Notes: generated from the sequence alone by a model not told the origin. DNA of 64,000 bases from Leptonemataceae bacterium (GCA_965227295.1 OZ245742.1:3744001-3808000); one strand, 5' to 3'; shown: positions 27,833-40,113, counted from the first letter of the stretch. Program-made: numbers and translations.

Positions 27833-28456
27833 TCAAAAACCGGAAGCTCCGGTCTTGTTGTACAACACGGGGTTCAACTGCTCGTCGTTGTACATTTTCA
27901 TTTGACGGTATACTTTCATATATCGTCGACCGGAGCGTATGTCCTCAATGAGTTCGTCCAGGCAACGACTCAGATCGCGGCGTTGTTCCAGGAGGACCTC
28001 CAGTGACGAGCGGCTGCGTTCAATGTGGTCGATGTCCACGTCCTCGCGCTCGGTCTGCTGCTGCCAGTGATAGACCTTCAACGCCAGGATCGACAGGCGG
28101 TCAATGAGCCAGGCCGGAGTCTCGGAGTTCAGCCGGGCGTCCGGTCGCCGCGGAGCGCCGAGGAACCAGTGGAGGAACCAGTCGTCGATGCGCTCGACGG
28201 TATCGGTGCGACGCTGGTTGGAGGCGTCGATGCGCCGCTTCAACTGCATGATGGTTTCGCCGGAGAGCTCCGGATGGCGAATCTCATCCTCTAAGTGCCA
28301 CTGCACCGTATCGATCCAGTTCTTGTGATACAGCAACCACTCGATGCTGCCGCCCTGTTCGGCGAAGGGATTGCGTTCCGGCTGGTCGACGTTGTCAGAA
28401 ACGTGATAGTCCGCGATGCAGCGATCGAAGATGGAATTACACAGGGCCGCGTCCAT
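27833..28456 (-). CDS. DUF4254 domain protein
   Basis: NWIDTVQWHLED, IDASNQRRTD, KVYRQMKMYND. Confidence 0.85.
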   Translation of the reverse strand: MDAALCNSIFDRCIADYHVSDNVDQPERNPFAEQGGSIEWLLYHKNWIDTVQWHLEDEIRHPELSGETIMQLKRRIDASNQRRTDTVERIDDWFLHWFLGAPRRPDARLNSETPAWLIDRLSILALKVYHWQQQTEREDVDIDHIERSRSSLEVLLEQRRDLSRCLDELIEDIRSGRRYMKVYRQMKMYNDEQLNPVLYNKTGASGF

Positions 28457-28555
28457 GAATTAGATTCAGTAAAAATGTAACATAGCTCTACCAACAAGAA
28501 CAAAACGCTCTCTCCGGGGACGCTTCGCAACCGTCGCGGGATTCTGGCATGATAA

Positions 28556-29257
28556 TTGCTTCCGAAACTGCTGAAAACCCATGTTCCTCCCGGGAGCACG
28601 GGTCGTGGGAAAGACATGAACCCTACCAGCAAATCGATCTACTCTCGGGCCCGAAGCGACGAAAAGCACCATCGACTGGACATCACCATTCAAGAAGAAG
28701 CGCCCGGACTCCGCATGAAAATCGACGCTGAGATGAATGAGGTGGGCGTCCTGTTCCGTCTCTGCGCCGTGCTGTACTCGTACGGCTGGAACATCCGTTC
28801 CGCTCGCATTCATTCCCCGGATGAGAAGCGGATCAGCGACGAATTTCACATCATTCCCGGGGAGGACCCCGCGGTCATGGATGAGGAGTCCGTGCGCAAT
28901 CTCATCGACGATCTGGAGCGCCTGCTTTTCGCCGGTGTGTCCGTGTTGGAGTTCCTGACCGAGCGGCAGGCCCGGGTGCCGCGTTACTCCCAGGAGGCCG
29001 CGGGCGGCAAGGTCAGCCTCAAGACCGGGCCGAAAAAGCGTACTTACATAGAAGTTACCGGCCCGGACCAGCGCGGCCTCCTGCTGTCGCTTTCCCAGGC
29101 CTTCTACTTGATGGACATTAACATTTTCGAGGCGGAGATCGAAACGACGAAGGAAGGAGGCATTCGCAACACCTTCTACGTGGACCCCGGCGACGCCCGC
29201 TTCCAGAGCCCGGAGTTTCAGCGCCGGCTCTGTGAAGAATTGCAAATGCTCTACTGA
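28556..29257 (+). CDS. Tandem ACT-domain protein (GlnD C-terminus-like); start uncertain
   Basis: EVGVLFRL..NIRSARI..DEF and DQRGLL...NIFEAEIET..NTFYV. Confidence 0.75.
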   Translation: MLPKLLKTHVPPGSTGRGKDMNPTSKSIYSRARSDEKHHRLDITIQEEAPGLRMKIDAEMNEVGVLFRLCAVLYSYGWNIRSARIHSPDEKRISDEFHIIPGEDPAVMDEESVRNLIDDLERLLFAGVSVLEFLTERQARVPRYSQEAAGGKVSLKTGPKKRTYIEVTGPDQRGLLLSLSQAFYLMDINIFEAEIETTKEGGIRNTFYVDPGDARFQSPEFQRRLCEELQMLY

Positions 29258-29281
29258 GCACCGTTCATTCGTGTGATCCTG

Positions 29282-30109
29282 TCAGGATGATTCGCCGGAG
29301 AGTTCCCGGCTGCGCTCCGCCGCCCGCTCTACAGCCCGCATCACAGCGCCGTGAAAGCCCGCATCCTCCAGCTCCGCCAGGCCGGCAATGGTTGTGCCCC
29401 CGGGCGAGGTGACGCGGTTCCGCCACTCATCGGGATGCTCTCCCGTGGAGCGCAGCAGTTCGGCCGCCCCCGCCACCGTGGCCCGGGCCAGTTCCAGAGC
29501 AGAATCGTAGGGCAGGCCGGCCAGGACCCCTCCCTCCGCCAGGGCCTGAATAAAGGCGAACACGTAGGCCGGACCGGACCCGGAGAGGCCGGTCACGGCG
29601 TGCATGAGCTGCTCCGACTTCAACCGGACGACGCTGCCCGTGGGCGAGAAAATCCTCTCGGTGAGTCCAAATAATTCGTCGTTCTCGCAAAAAATTCCAC
29701 AGACACCAGCGCCGACTAAAGCTGAAATATTAGGCATTACGCGCGAAATTTGTAAGTTTTGCCTGGCGCCTTCGTTAAGATGCTCTGGAAATGAGCGCCG
29801 TAGTGTATCCGTGCTCAGGCCGGCCGCGATGGAGACATATTTTTTTCCCCCGCTCAATTCACCCAGGGCCGCCGCCATATCCTGGGGTTTGACAGCCAGG
29901 ATCAAAATATCCGCGGCCCGTTCCAGTTCCGCGGCGGAGCGTACGAAGTTGATGCCGTCGCCGAGTTCCGCGCGAACGGCTTCCACCGCGCCGGGTGCCG
30001 GATCAAAGGCTGACATGGTTTGCCCGGGATGTTCACGCAGAATGCCCCCGGCGATGGAGCGTCCCATCTTACCGATGCCGAGAAAGCCGATGTGCGGTAG
30101 CGATTCCAT
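29282..30109 (-). CDS. proC: Pyrroline-5-carboxylate reductase
   Basis: GFLGIGKMG, AVKPQ, SGSGPAY, VTSPGGTT. Confidence 0.95.
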   Translation of the reverse strand: MESLPHIGFLGIGKMGRSIAGGILREHPGQTMSAFDPAPGAVEAVRAELGDGINFVRSAAELERAADILILAVKPQDMAAALGELSGGKKYVSIAAGLSTDTLRRSFPEHLNEGARQNLQISRVMPNISALVGAGVCGIFCENDELFGLTERIFSPTGSVVRLKSEQLMHAVTGLSGSGPAYVFAFIQALAEGGVLAGLPYDSALELARATVAGAAELLRSTGEHPDEWRNRVTSPGGTTIAGLAELEDAGFHGAVMRAVERAAERSRELSGESS

Positions 30110-30226
30110 ATGAGCCTCCAACATGGAGGTTCTAAGCCACGCGACAATCGAATTCCCGCAAGTCCGGTGCTGTCGGTCGCTAAAAAAAGGAATTGTCATT
30201 CCGCGGCCGGTGTGGGAGAATCATGT

Positions 30227-30580
30227 ATGGCAAATGAACAACAGTACACCACGCTGAAAGACTTCTGGCCGTTTTATCTGCGAGAGCATTCCGATTCCGT
30301 GAACCGTGGTTTTCATTACGTCGGCAGCACGCTGGTGCTCGGCATCATTGCCGCGGCGATCTACTTCGCGAATGCCTGGCTGCTGTTGCTGTGTCCGGTG
30401 GCCGGTTACGGTTTTGCCTGGGTGGGGCACTTCTTCATTGAGAAGAACCGTCCGGCGACGTTTACGTATCCCGTCTGGTCGCTCATCTCCGACTGGATCA
30501 TGTACGGTTGCTTTCTCACGGGACGCATCGGCAAAGAGTTGCGAAAAGCCGGAGCGACGAAAGAAAGCGTCGCGGCCTGA
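30227..30580 (+). CDS. DUF962 (Mpo1-like) membrane protein
   Basis: FWPFYLREH, GHFFIEKNRPATF. Confidence 0.88.
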   Translation: MANEQQYTTLKDFWPFYLREHSDSVNRGFHYVGSTLVLGIIAAAIYFANAWLLLLCPVAGYGFAWVGHFFIEKNRPATFTYPVWSLISDWIMYGCFLTGRIGKELRKAGATKESVAA

Positions 30581-30982
30581 TCACTCTGACAGATAATCTC
30601 CGCTGTCGATGAGCCGTGCGTCCGCCGGCAGCGGGTGATTGTACAGATACACCCAGGCCCGCACGATCGTTCCGTCGCTCCGACGAACCTCGCGTTGTTC
30701 GCGCACGTACTCCGCCGGCTCCGGGAACTCCGGGCCGGCCTCCTCGTAACGATCCAGGGCACGTAAGAACTCCTCGCGTTCCCGTACAATCCTGTACACC
30801 TCGCCGCGGACCACGTCGTCCTCGGTCGCGGATTCCAGGACACCCGGGTACCAGTCGATGGCGTAGAGCTTTCCCTGGAACGTTGCGGGGCCTGCGTCTT
30901 CACAGCACCGCTCAATCCAGGCATGCATGCTATGATTGGCCGCGCGGCGCAGGGATCCGTAGACGAACAGGTACTCGTTCAT
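30581..30982 (-). CDS. Gamma-glutamylcyclotransferase family protein
   Basis: LFVYGSLR, LDRYE, AWVYLY. Confidence 0.88.
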   Translation of the reverse strand: MNEYLFVYGSLRRAANHSMHAWIERCCEDAGPATFQGKLYAIDWYPGVLESATEDDVVRGEVYRIVREREEFLRALDRYEEAGPEFPEPAEYVREQREVRRSDGTIVRAWVYLYNHPLPADARLIDSGDYLSE

Positions 30983-32094
30983 GCATCGACTTTCAGCTTC
31001 GCCGCGCGCCGATGACGTTGAACCGCAAGCTGGATGAGTTCGTCCAGCAGGTCCGGGAGCGGCAGGCCGCTCAGTTCCCAGAGCTTCGGGTACATGCTGA
31101 TGTGCGTGAACCCGGGCATGGTGTTGACTTCGTTTACGTAGATGGTGCCGTTCGGCGTTAAGAACATATCGACGCGAGTTAAGCCTTCCAGGCACAACGC
31201 CCGGTACGTACGAATGGACATCTCCCGGGCCAGTTCCACCTCGGCCGCACTGAGTTTCGCCGGCAATTCCAGGGCGGCGCCGCTCTCGTCCAAATACTTC
31301 GCGTCGTACGAGTAGAAGCCGCCCGCTTTCGGGATGATCTCGCCGATCACCTGCGACGCCCGCGGCTCTTCGTTGCCGAGCACGGCGCATTCAATCTCCC
31401 GGCCGACGATGGCTTCTTCGAGGACGACCTTATCGTCGTAGAGCAGGGCCTCGGTTACGGCCGCGCGTACGGCGGCCGCGTCTTCGGCGCGGGACACACC
31501 CACCGAAGACCCCATGTTCGCCGGCTTCACATAGACCGGTGTGCCGAGTTCTTTTATGATTTCCTGGAACTCATCGTCGCCGAGCTGTTCGGCCTCACCG
31601 CGCTGATAGACGCGAAAGCGTGCGTTGGGAATGCCGGCGTCGCGAAAGAGACGTTTCATGACGTCCTTATCCATGCCCACGGAACTGCCCAGGGTATCCG
31701 GGCCGGTGTAGGGCACATCCAGGAGCTTGAGCAATCCCTGAAGGCTGCCGTCCTCGCCGAAGGGGCCGTGGAGTACGGGGACGACCGCGTCGATTTCCAG
31801 GCTGCGTCCGTCGTCGCGAAAAAAGAGCGCATTCCGACCGCTGCCGGGGCTGAAGCCCAGCTCGCGACCGCCGGCCGGATTCAGTTCCGGGAGTTGGCGG
31901 CCTTCCCGATCCACAATGATCGCTTCCGGTTGTTCCGCCGCGAACCAGCGCCCGGTCTTATCGATGCCCACGGGGACGACGTCGTACCGCGAGCGATCCA
32001 GGCCGTTCATGATGTTGCGTGCGGAGACCAGGGAGATTTCGTGCTCGGCGGAACGCCCGCCGAAAAGGACTGCTATGTTCTGTTTAGTTTGCAT
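30979..32094 (-). CDS. ddl: D-alanine--D-alanine ligase
   Basis: GGRSAEHEIS, LHGPFGEDG, NEVNTMPGFT, SMYP. Confidence 0.96.
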   Translation of the reverse strand: MQTKQNIAVLFGGRSAEHEISLVSARNIMNGLDRSRYDVVPVGIDKTGRWFAAEQPEAIIVDREGRQLPELNPAGGRELGFSPGSGRNALFFRDDGRSLEIDAVVPVLHGPFGEDGSLQGLLKLLDVPYTGPDTLGSSVGMDKDVMKRLFRDAGIPNARFRVYQRGEAEQLGDDEFQEIIKELGTPVYVKPANMGSSVGVSRAEDAAAVRAAVTEALLYDDKVVLEEAIVGREIECAVLGNEEPRASQVIGEIIPKAGGFYSYDAKYLDESGAALELPAKLSAAEVELAREMSIRTYRALCLEGLTRVDMFLTPNGTIYVNEVNTMPGFTHISMYPKLWELSGLPLPDLLDELIQLAVQRHRRAAKLKVDA

Positions 32095-32107
32095 AAGAGT
32101 TTTTTGG

Positions 32108-32238
32108 ACACCGAGGATCGAGGGACCGAGGTTTTTCGGAGAGGGCCCCACGTAGTTGAGTGTGATCGGGTAATGAAAATCGATCCAGTTGTCTTGAATC
32201 TCTCTTGATTCTTTGCTCGGTTCCTCGGTCCTCGGAGT
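32108..32238. repeat. ~125-bp inverted-repeat-bounded element, copy 1
   Basis: Arms built of CCGAGG-like triplets in inverted orientation. Confidence 0.75.
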
Positions 32239-32250
32239 GTTATTCTTGGC

Positions 32251-33213
32251 TTAGCCCGCCGTGATTCGCTCGCGCCCGTATTCGTCCGCGAAGGCTGCCT
32301 GGGCGTGGTCGAAGCCGCCCCGGCGTTCCACGTAAGCTGCGGCGCCGCCGTCGAGGGAGTGCAGGTAACGCAGGCCGGTGCGGCCGTACTCATCGCGCAC
32401 CCACTTGTCGAAATAAAATACCTCGCGTGTACGCATGCTGCGCCGGGGCGGTTCCTGGGCCGTGGAGAGAATCTCGCCCGTGAGTTCGTCAAGGCCCAGG
32501 CCGGTAAGGGCGCTGGTGCGTACGATTTTGATGCGGTCCTCCTCGCCGGGGCGCACGAAACTCAGCGCCGCCTTCAACGCGTAGTAACTCGCCCGCGCGG
32601 CATCTTCGGCGTCGGCTTTGTTCAGTACGAAGACGTCCGGGATCTCCATGATGCCGGCTTTCATAAACTGAATCCCGTCGCCACCTAAGGGTTGGAGCAC
32701 CAGATAAATGCGATCGGCGACGTACTGGATTTCGATTTCGTTTTGCCCGATGCCCACGGTTTCCACGAGCACGTAGTCGAAGAGCCGGTGCAGGAGGCGT
32801 GCCACCTGAAAAGTGCTGCGGCTCACACCGCCCAGTTCGCGGTCCGAGGCCTGGCTGCGAAAGAAGAGTCGTGGTTCGTCGAGGGCGAAGTTTACTCGCG
32901 TGCGATCTCCGAGAATGGCGCCGCCGGAGACTTCGCTTGAAGGATCCACGGCGAGCACGGCCACGGAAAGATTGCGGTCGCTCTGGATGATGCGATTGGC
33001 CAGTTCACCGATGAGCGTGGACTTGCCGGCCCCGGGAGTGCCCGTGATGCCGATAAAACGTCCGTGTTTCGCGCGTTTATCGCGGTCGAGGAGCGCGAGA
33101 ATCTCCGCGCGATTCCGGGCGGCCTCGATGTGTCGGCGGTCTTCGAAGTGCGAAATGAGTCGTCCCACCGCGAACTTCTGTCCGGCGAGTGCCTGTTCTA
33201 CGAGTTGCTGCAT
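32251..33213 (-). CDS. meaB: Mutase-associated GTPase MeaB
   Basis: GTPGAGKST, DPSS..SGGAILGDRTR, ETVGIGQ, NKAD. Confidence 0.93.
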   Translation of the reverse strand: MQQLVEQALAGQKFAVGRLISHFEDRRHIEAARNRAEILALLDRDKRAKHGRFIGITGTPGAGKSTLIGELANRIIQSDRNLSVAVLAVDPSSEVSGGAILGDRTRVNFALDEPRLFFRSQASDRELGGVSRSTFQVARLLHRLFDYVLVETVGIGQNEIEIQYVADRIYLVLQPLGGDGIQFMKAGIMEIPDVFVLNKADAEDAARASYYALKAALSFVRPGEEDRIKIVRTSALTGLGLDELTGEILSTAQEPPRRSMRTREVFYFDKWVRDEYGRTGLRYLHSLDGGAAAYVERRGGFDHAQAAFADEYGRERITAG

Positions 33214-33227
33214 TCAAATAGTCTTAA

Positions 33228-33350
33228 ACTCCGAGGACCGAGGGGCCGAGTTTTTTGGGGAGAGTGATAGTAGTTGAACTCGATCGGTTATGAACGCGAG
33301 GCTGTTAGATAAGCTCTTCTTCTGAAACTCGGTGCCTCGGTCCTCGGAGT
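33228..33350. repeat. ~125-bp inverted-repeat-bounded element, copy 2
   Basis: ACTCCGAGGACCGAGGGGCCGAG...CTCGGTGCCTCGGTCCTCGGAGT. Confidence 0.8.
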
Positions 33351-33359
33351 AATTGATTC

Positions 33360-35393
<2,034 letters not shown>

Positions 35394-35444
35394 GTCCGTC
35401 TCCCACCGCCGCAGCGTGCGGATAATTGATGATTCTTATGATAC

Positions 35445-37220
35445 TCAGCGCATTTCTTTCGCGCTGGTATACTCTTTGAGATTCTTATGCCACTCTTTAT
35501 CGAAGAAGTGCTTCGGGTCGAGGACTTCTTCGCCGTCCGTCAGCGCTCCGAATTCGGCGGAGCCCACGAGTTTCGCGTACTTGGCCGCCACGCCTCGCGT
35601 GTACTTCGGTTGCGGCGGCTGCCAGTCCCGGGAGCGCGCCATCAATTCTTCGATCGATAAGTGCACTTCCAGCAGGTTCGCGTAGGCGTCGATCGTAATC
35701 ACGTCGCCGGTGCGGATGAGCGCGATGGGGCCGCCCACGGCCGCTTCGGGAGAAACGTGGCCGACCACCATGCCGTAGGTCCCGCCGGAGAAGCGACCGT
35801 CGGTGATGAGGCCGACGCTATCGCCCAGGCCCTTGCCGATCAACGCCGACGTCGGCGAGAGCATTTCGCGCATGCCCGGGCCGCCCTTCGGGCCCTCGTA
35901 ACGAATGACGATGACGTCGCCGGCTTTGATCTCGTCGTTTAAGATGGCGTCCATGCACTCGGTCTCCGAGTCGTAGACCTTCGCCTCGCCGGTGATGGCC
36001 GGATTCTTCACGCCGGAGATCTTTGCCACCGCGCCGCCGGGGGCGATGTTGCCGCGCAGTACGACCAGGTGCCCGCGTTTGTACATCGGCTTGTGAAAGG
36101 GCAGGATGACTTCCTGATTTTCCGGAACGGAATCCGGGATGTGCTCCAGGTTTTCAGCGACGGTCATGCCGGTGACGGTCTGGCAGTCGCCGTGCAGCAG
36201 GCCTTCTTTTAAAAGCATCTTCATGACCCGGGGAATGCCGCCCACGGCGTGGAGATCCACCGCGAGAAAACGGCCGGACGGTTTCATGTCGACGATGTGC
36301 GGCGTGCGTTTGGCGATCGCCTCGAAGTCGTCCAGCTTCAGCTCAATGCCCATGCTGTGCGCGATGGCGAGCAGGTGCAGGACCGCGTTGGTCGAGCCGC
36401 CGGTGGCCATGACGACGGTGATGGCGTTCTCGAAGGCCTTGCGAGTCATGATGTCGGCGGGGCGAATATCTTTGGCGATGAGGTTCACGAGCATGCGGCC
36501 CGCGGCGTGGGTGCTATCGACGATTTCCTGGTCCGGGTTGGCCATGGTCGACGAACCGGGCAGGGCCATGCCGAGGGCCTCGATGGCCGACGACATGGTG
36601 TTCGCCGTATACATGCCGCCGCAGGAACCGGTGCCGGGGCAGGCGTGACGTTCCACGTTTTCGAATTCGTCGCGGTCGATTTTGCCGGCGCTGTAGCCGC
36701 CTACCGCTTCGAAGACCGAGACGACGTTGAGATCCCGCCCGTTCCATTTGCCGGGTTTGATGGTGCCGCCGTAAACAAAGATTGAGGGAATGTTAAGCCG
36801 GGCGATGGCGATCAAACAACCGGGCATGTTCTTATCGCAGCCGCCCAGGGCCAGCAGGCCGTCCATGGACTGGCCGCGGCAGACGGTTTCGATGGAATCG
36901 GCGATGACGTCCCGGGACATGAGCGAGAACTTCATGCCCTCGGTGCCCATGGAGATTCCGTCGGAGATGGTGATGGTTCCGAATGTTTGCGGCATGCCGC
37001 CGCCTTCGCTGATGCCGGTGACCCCTGCCCGGGCCAGGCGATCCAGGCCGGCGTTGCACGGGGTAATGGTGCTGTGTCCGCTGGCCACGGCGACAATGGG
37101 CTTTTGAAAATCGGCGTCGCTGAAGCCCACGGCTCGCAGCATGGCCCGGTTCGGCGCGCGTCGATCGCCCTCGGTGATGTTTTTAGAGTTCCAGTTGTGA
37201 TTGCCGTTTGTTTCCGCCAT
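35445..37220 (-). CDS. ilvD: Dihydroxy-acid dehydratase
   Basis: [33 protein letters not shown]. Confidence 0.96.
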   Translation of the reverse strand: MAETNGNHNWNSKNITEGDRRAPNRAMLRAVGFSDADFQKPIVAVASGHSTITPCNAGLDRLARAGVTGISEGGGMPQTFGTITISDGISMGTEGMKFSLMSRDVIADSIETVCRGQSMDGLLALGGCDKNMPGCLIAIARLNIPSIFVYGGTIKPGKWNGRDLNVVSVFEAVGGYSAGKIDRDEFENVERHACPGTGSCGGMYTANTMSSAIEALGMALPGSSTMANPDQEIVDSTHAAGRMLVNLIAKDIRPADIMTRKAFENAITVVMATGGSTNAVLHLLAIAHSMGIELKLDDFEAIAKRTPHIVDMKPSGRFLAVDLHAVGGIPRVMKMLLKEGLLHGDCQTVTGMTVAENLEHIPDSVPENQEVILPFHKPMYKRGHLVVLRGNIAPGGAVAKISGVKNPAITGEAKVYDSETECMDAILNDEIKAGDVIVIRYEGPKGGPGMREMLSPTSALIGKGLGDSVGLITDGRFSGGTYGMVVGHVSPEAAVGGPIALIRTGDVITIDAYANLLEVHLSIEELMARSRDWQPPQPKYTRGVAAKYAKLVGSAEFGALTDGEEVLDPKHFFDKEWHKNLKEYTSAKEMR

Positions 37221-37351
37221 GGTGAAGCAGGATCGGGCGGAACGGCACGGCGTCAAGTCACATCTATTTAGAAGTTGACGCTAATATACACGTGTTAAGA
37301 GCAAACGGGGTGTGTAGTTTACGGCACACCCCGCCTCGATGGATCGATCGG

Positions 37352-37720
37352 CTATTCCTCGACGGCCCACGCTTCTCCGGTTACGGAGTAGTGCGATTTC
37401 CCGAAAATAAACGGGATGTACCAGAAGACATACTCCGTGGTTACGTTTTTCAGCAGGTCGACGTCGCCGCCCTCGGTGACGTCGCGCGCGGCTTCATCGA
37501 ACAGAGTTCCCTGGCGCATGTCTCCCAGGGGGATTACGAATATCCAGTACTTCGTTGAGGTGCCGGTGACACTGTCTTCTTTTTTGACCTGCTTCTTACT
37601 GAAATCGATCTTTTGAGAAGAAAGCACGGCGAAGTTGCCGCTGGAAGAGGCGCAGCCGTTCGTGAGAACGATGCCCGCGAATAGAGTGAGGACCAGGAAT
37701 GTTTTTTTGAATCGGTTCAT
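37352..37720 (-). CDS. Small lipoprotein
   Basis: Signal with TNGC lipobox; GGAG upstream. Confidence 0.75.
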   Translation of the reverse strand: MNRFKKTFLVLTLFAGIVLTNGCASSSGNFAVLSSQKIDFSKKQVKKEDSVTGTSTKYWIFVIPLGDMRQGTLFDEAARDVTEGGDVDLLKNVTTEYVFWYIPFIFGKSHYSVTGEAWAVEE

Positions 37721-37725
37721 ATGTA

Positions 37726-38055
37726 TTACTCCTTCACCCAGCATTCGCCGGTCACCGTGTAGGTCTGGACGCCGACGCCCATGAAACCACCCTGGGCGTA
37801 CTCCAGTCGCACATTGCGGAGATACGCGCAGTTGCCCTTGTCCTGGGCTTCTTTTGTAAGCAGGCCGTAGTCTTTGAGATCGTTGGTGGGAATTCCAAAG
37901 ATGGTAATGAAACGGTGCGTTGCGTTAATGGCGCTGCTGGAAAGCTTATAGGTTCCCGCGGGAACGGGCGTGGCGCTTACCGTGCCTACCTGGGGTACCC
38001 GGCAGCCAACGGCGAAGCACAGAGCGATCAGCAGAATCATAAAAAATCTGTACAT
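37726..38055 (-). CDS. Small lipoprotein, paralogue of its neighbour
   Basis: AVGC lipobox; GGAGG RBS; shared YxVTGExW C-terminus. Confidence 0.75.
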   Translation of the reverse strand: MYRFFMILLIALCFAVGCRVPQVGTVSATPVPAGTYKLSSSAINATHRFITIFGIPTNDLKDYGLLTKEAQDKGNCAYLRNVRLEYAQGGFMGVGVQTYTVTGECWVKE

Positions 38056-38166
38056 TCAATATCCTCCATGTTTCAGGACGACATTGAACTGTCCTGCCAT
38101 AGTCAACAAATTTCCTTCCCGGGAGGAGAAATTGATAAGTATTACATAAAATTGAGGAGTTTTTGT

Positions 38167-40113
38167 TTACGTGCGGCCCTGCAACGCCGCCTCGATTTCT
38201 TCCTGGCGGAGCATGCCCAGTTCCACGAGCATCTCACCCAGGCGAATCTCGCGGCCGGTTTCCTGGCGGACGTCGAGAGCGTACTGCAGTTGCTGATCCG
38301 TAATCAAGCCGCGCACGATCAAGAGTTGCCCGATTTCCAGCTGACCGGCCAGCGCGTCGTGGAGTTGCGTCGGCGTGCAATAGCCCAGGCGAATCAATAT
38401 CTCACCGATGCGTTCGCCGATGCGCGACTCCGACTGTTGATTGAGGGCTTCGTTGAGTTGTTCCGGCGAAATGATGCCGCGCCGCGTAAGAATGCGACCG
38501 AGAAAACGATCGAGATCGTTGCTGTGAATCTGTCGCCCGTAGTCCAGGCGGATGATTTGATCGGCGACGTGGTAGTAGGCATCATCGTGACTGATGACGA
38601 TGACGATCTTACCGCGTTCCCGAAGTTCGGGGAGTATCTCTTGATAAAACAATACCCGGAAGTGCGGATCCTGGTCGGCGGCCCACTCGTCGAAGATGTA
38701 AATCGGCCGGTCCTTGAGCAAAGCTTCGAGTAAGAGCAGTCGTTTCTTCTGGCCTTCGGACAGGGCGGTGATCGTGGAATAACGGCCGTTTTCGATGCTA
38801 ACTTTCTGCGTGAGCCTCAGGCGCTCGAGGAGGTCCCGGGCGCGTTGCATGTCGTCGCCGATGATGGGCGGTGCCGGAAATAGAAACGAATCCTGGAACG
38901 TGGCGGCCACAAATTGGCGATACGTCGGAACCAGTTCCGGGGTGATGTCCACCTCGCCGTTGACCCGCACGTTGCCGCCGCTGGCCGCATACAGGCCGGC
39001 CAGAATCTTCGCCAGGGTGGATTTACCGCTGCCGTTGCCGCCGATGAGAAAGTGCACTTCACCGGATCTTAGCGTCAGGTTGATGGGGCCGAGGTCGAAG
39101 TTGCGTCGACGGTGTACGTCGAAGTACGAGTGCGTGAGGTTCTTCAGTTCAATGAGATGCGGCGTTGGTACCTGGCCGCGACGAATGTCCGCCTCGCCGT
39201 CGTCTTCCAGGCCCAGGTGTTCCTGGCGGGACAGGGCGATGTTGGCCTTCGCGTACATGGGAATGTAGGTAAAGATCCATTCAATGGGACCGCGGAGAAA
39301 GAGAATGGCGAGGCACGCGCCGGCCACGACCTCCAGGCTCAGGTTCAGGTCGTCGCGGAGAAAGTACAGCAGGAATCCGATGTACAAAAACAAGAATATG
39401 CGCCCGGCACTGCCTCCGAAGAAGAGGTACGAAAATGCCGCGACGTTGTAACCGCGATACGTCATGGCGGACTTCCGGTAATCCGTTCCGATGTAGGACT
39501 GCGTGAGTTCGGCGTCGAGCTTCAGGTCTTTGATTCCGGTGGTGAGTCCCCGAAAGTGTTCGAAGAGGGTTTCCTGCTCCAGCCGGCTGCGGCGAAAGTA
39601 CTGCAGGGCGACGCGCCGCAGGGATTCGTAAATGAACGTGCCGAGCACCAGAAAGACGACGGCCCCCGCCTGCGCTTCGACGGATAACCACGCGAGGTAC
39701 GCAAACACGCTGATGACCACCGTGGTGTTGATGACCAGTACGGGAAGATTCAGCGTGGCCTGAGAGATGGCGGAGACATCGTCCGTTAACGCGGAGTAGA
39801 GCGGTGAAGCGCCGATGCTTTCCAGTCGTGACAGCGACGACTTCAGGATGCGATCAATCAACTGTTCGCGCACGTGAAAGATGGCGTTTTGGTACAGACG
39901 TACCAGCAGGGCCTGGGAGAAGAACTCGCTGATTGTGAGAACCAGGCAGAAGAGCGCGAAGTACGTGGCGTAGTCGGATTCGGAAAGCGCCGTGACCGTT
40001 TCCTTGATGAGCACCACGAGCATGGCTCCGGAGATACCGCTGATAAGGCCCAGAATAATGGTGATGATCAGAAAGTACGGAGAGTGATTCGAGAGTAAAC
40101 GTAGGACACGCAT
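38167..40113 (-). CDS. PvdE/SyrD/YojI-family ABC exporter fused to C-terminal MshEN-like repeats
   Basis: TM domain, GGNGSGKST, LSEGQKKRL, FDEWAADQDP, then four GxxLxxxG..xxQLxxAL repeats. Confidence 0.9.
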   Translation of the reverse strand: MRVLRLLSNHSPYFLIITIILGLISGISGAMLVVLIKETVTALSESDYATYFALFCLVLTISEFFSQALLVRLYQNAIFHVREQLIDRILKSSLSRLESIGASPLYSALTDDVSAISQATLNLPVLVINTTVVISVFAYLAWLSVEAQAGAVVFLVLGTFIYESLRRVALQYFRRSRLEQETLFEHFRGLTTGIKDLKLDAELTQSYIGTDYRKSAMTYRGYNVAAFSYLFFGGSAGRIFLFLYIGFLLYFLRDDLNLSLEVVAGACLAILFLRGPIEWIFTYIPMYAKANIALSRQEHLGLEDDGEADIRRGQVPTPHLIELKNLTHSYFDVHRRRNFDLGPINLTLRSGEVHFLIGGNGSGKSTLAKILAGLYAASGGNVRVNGEVDITPELVPTYRQFVAATFQDSFLFPAPPIIGDDMQRARDLLERLRLTQKVSIENGRYSTITALSEGQKKRLLLLEALLKDRPIYIFDEWAADQDPHFRVLFYQEILPELRERGKIVIVISHDDAYYHVADQIIRLDYGRQIHSNDLDRFLGRILTRRGIISPEQLNEALNQQSESRIGERIGEILIRLGYCTPTQLHDALAGQLEIGQLLIVRGLITDQQLQYALDVRQETGREIRLGEMLVELGMLRQEEIEAALQGRT

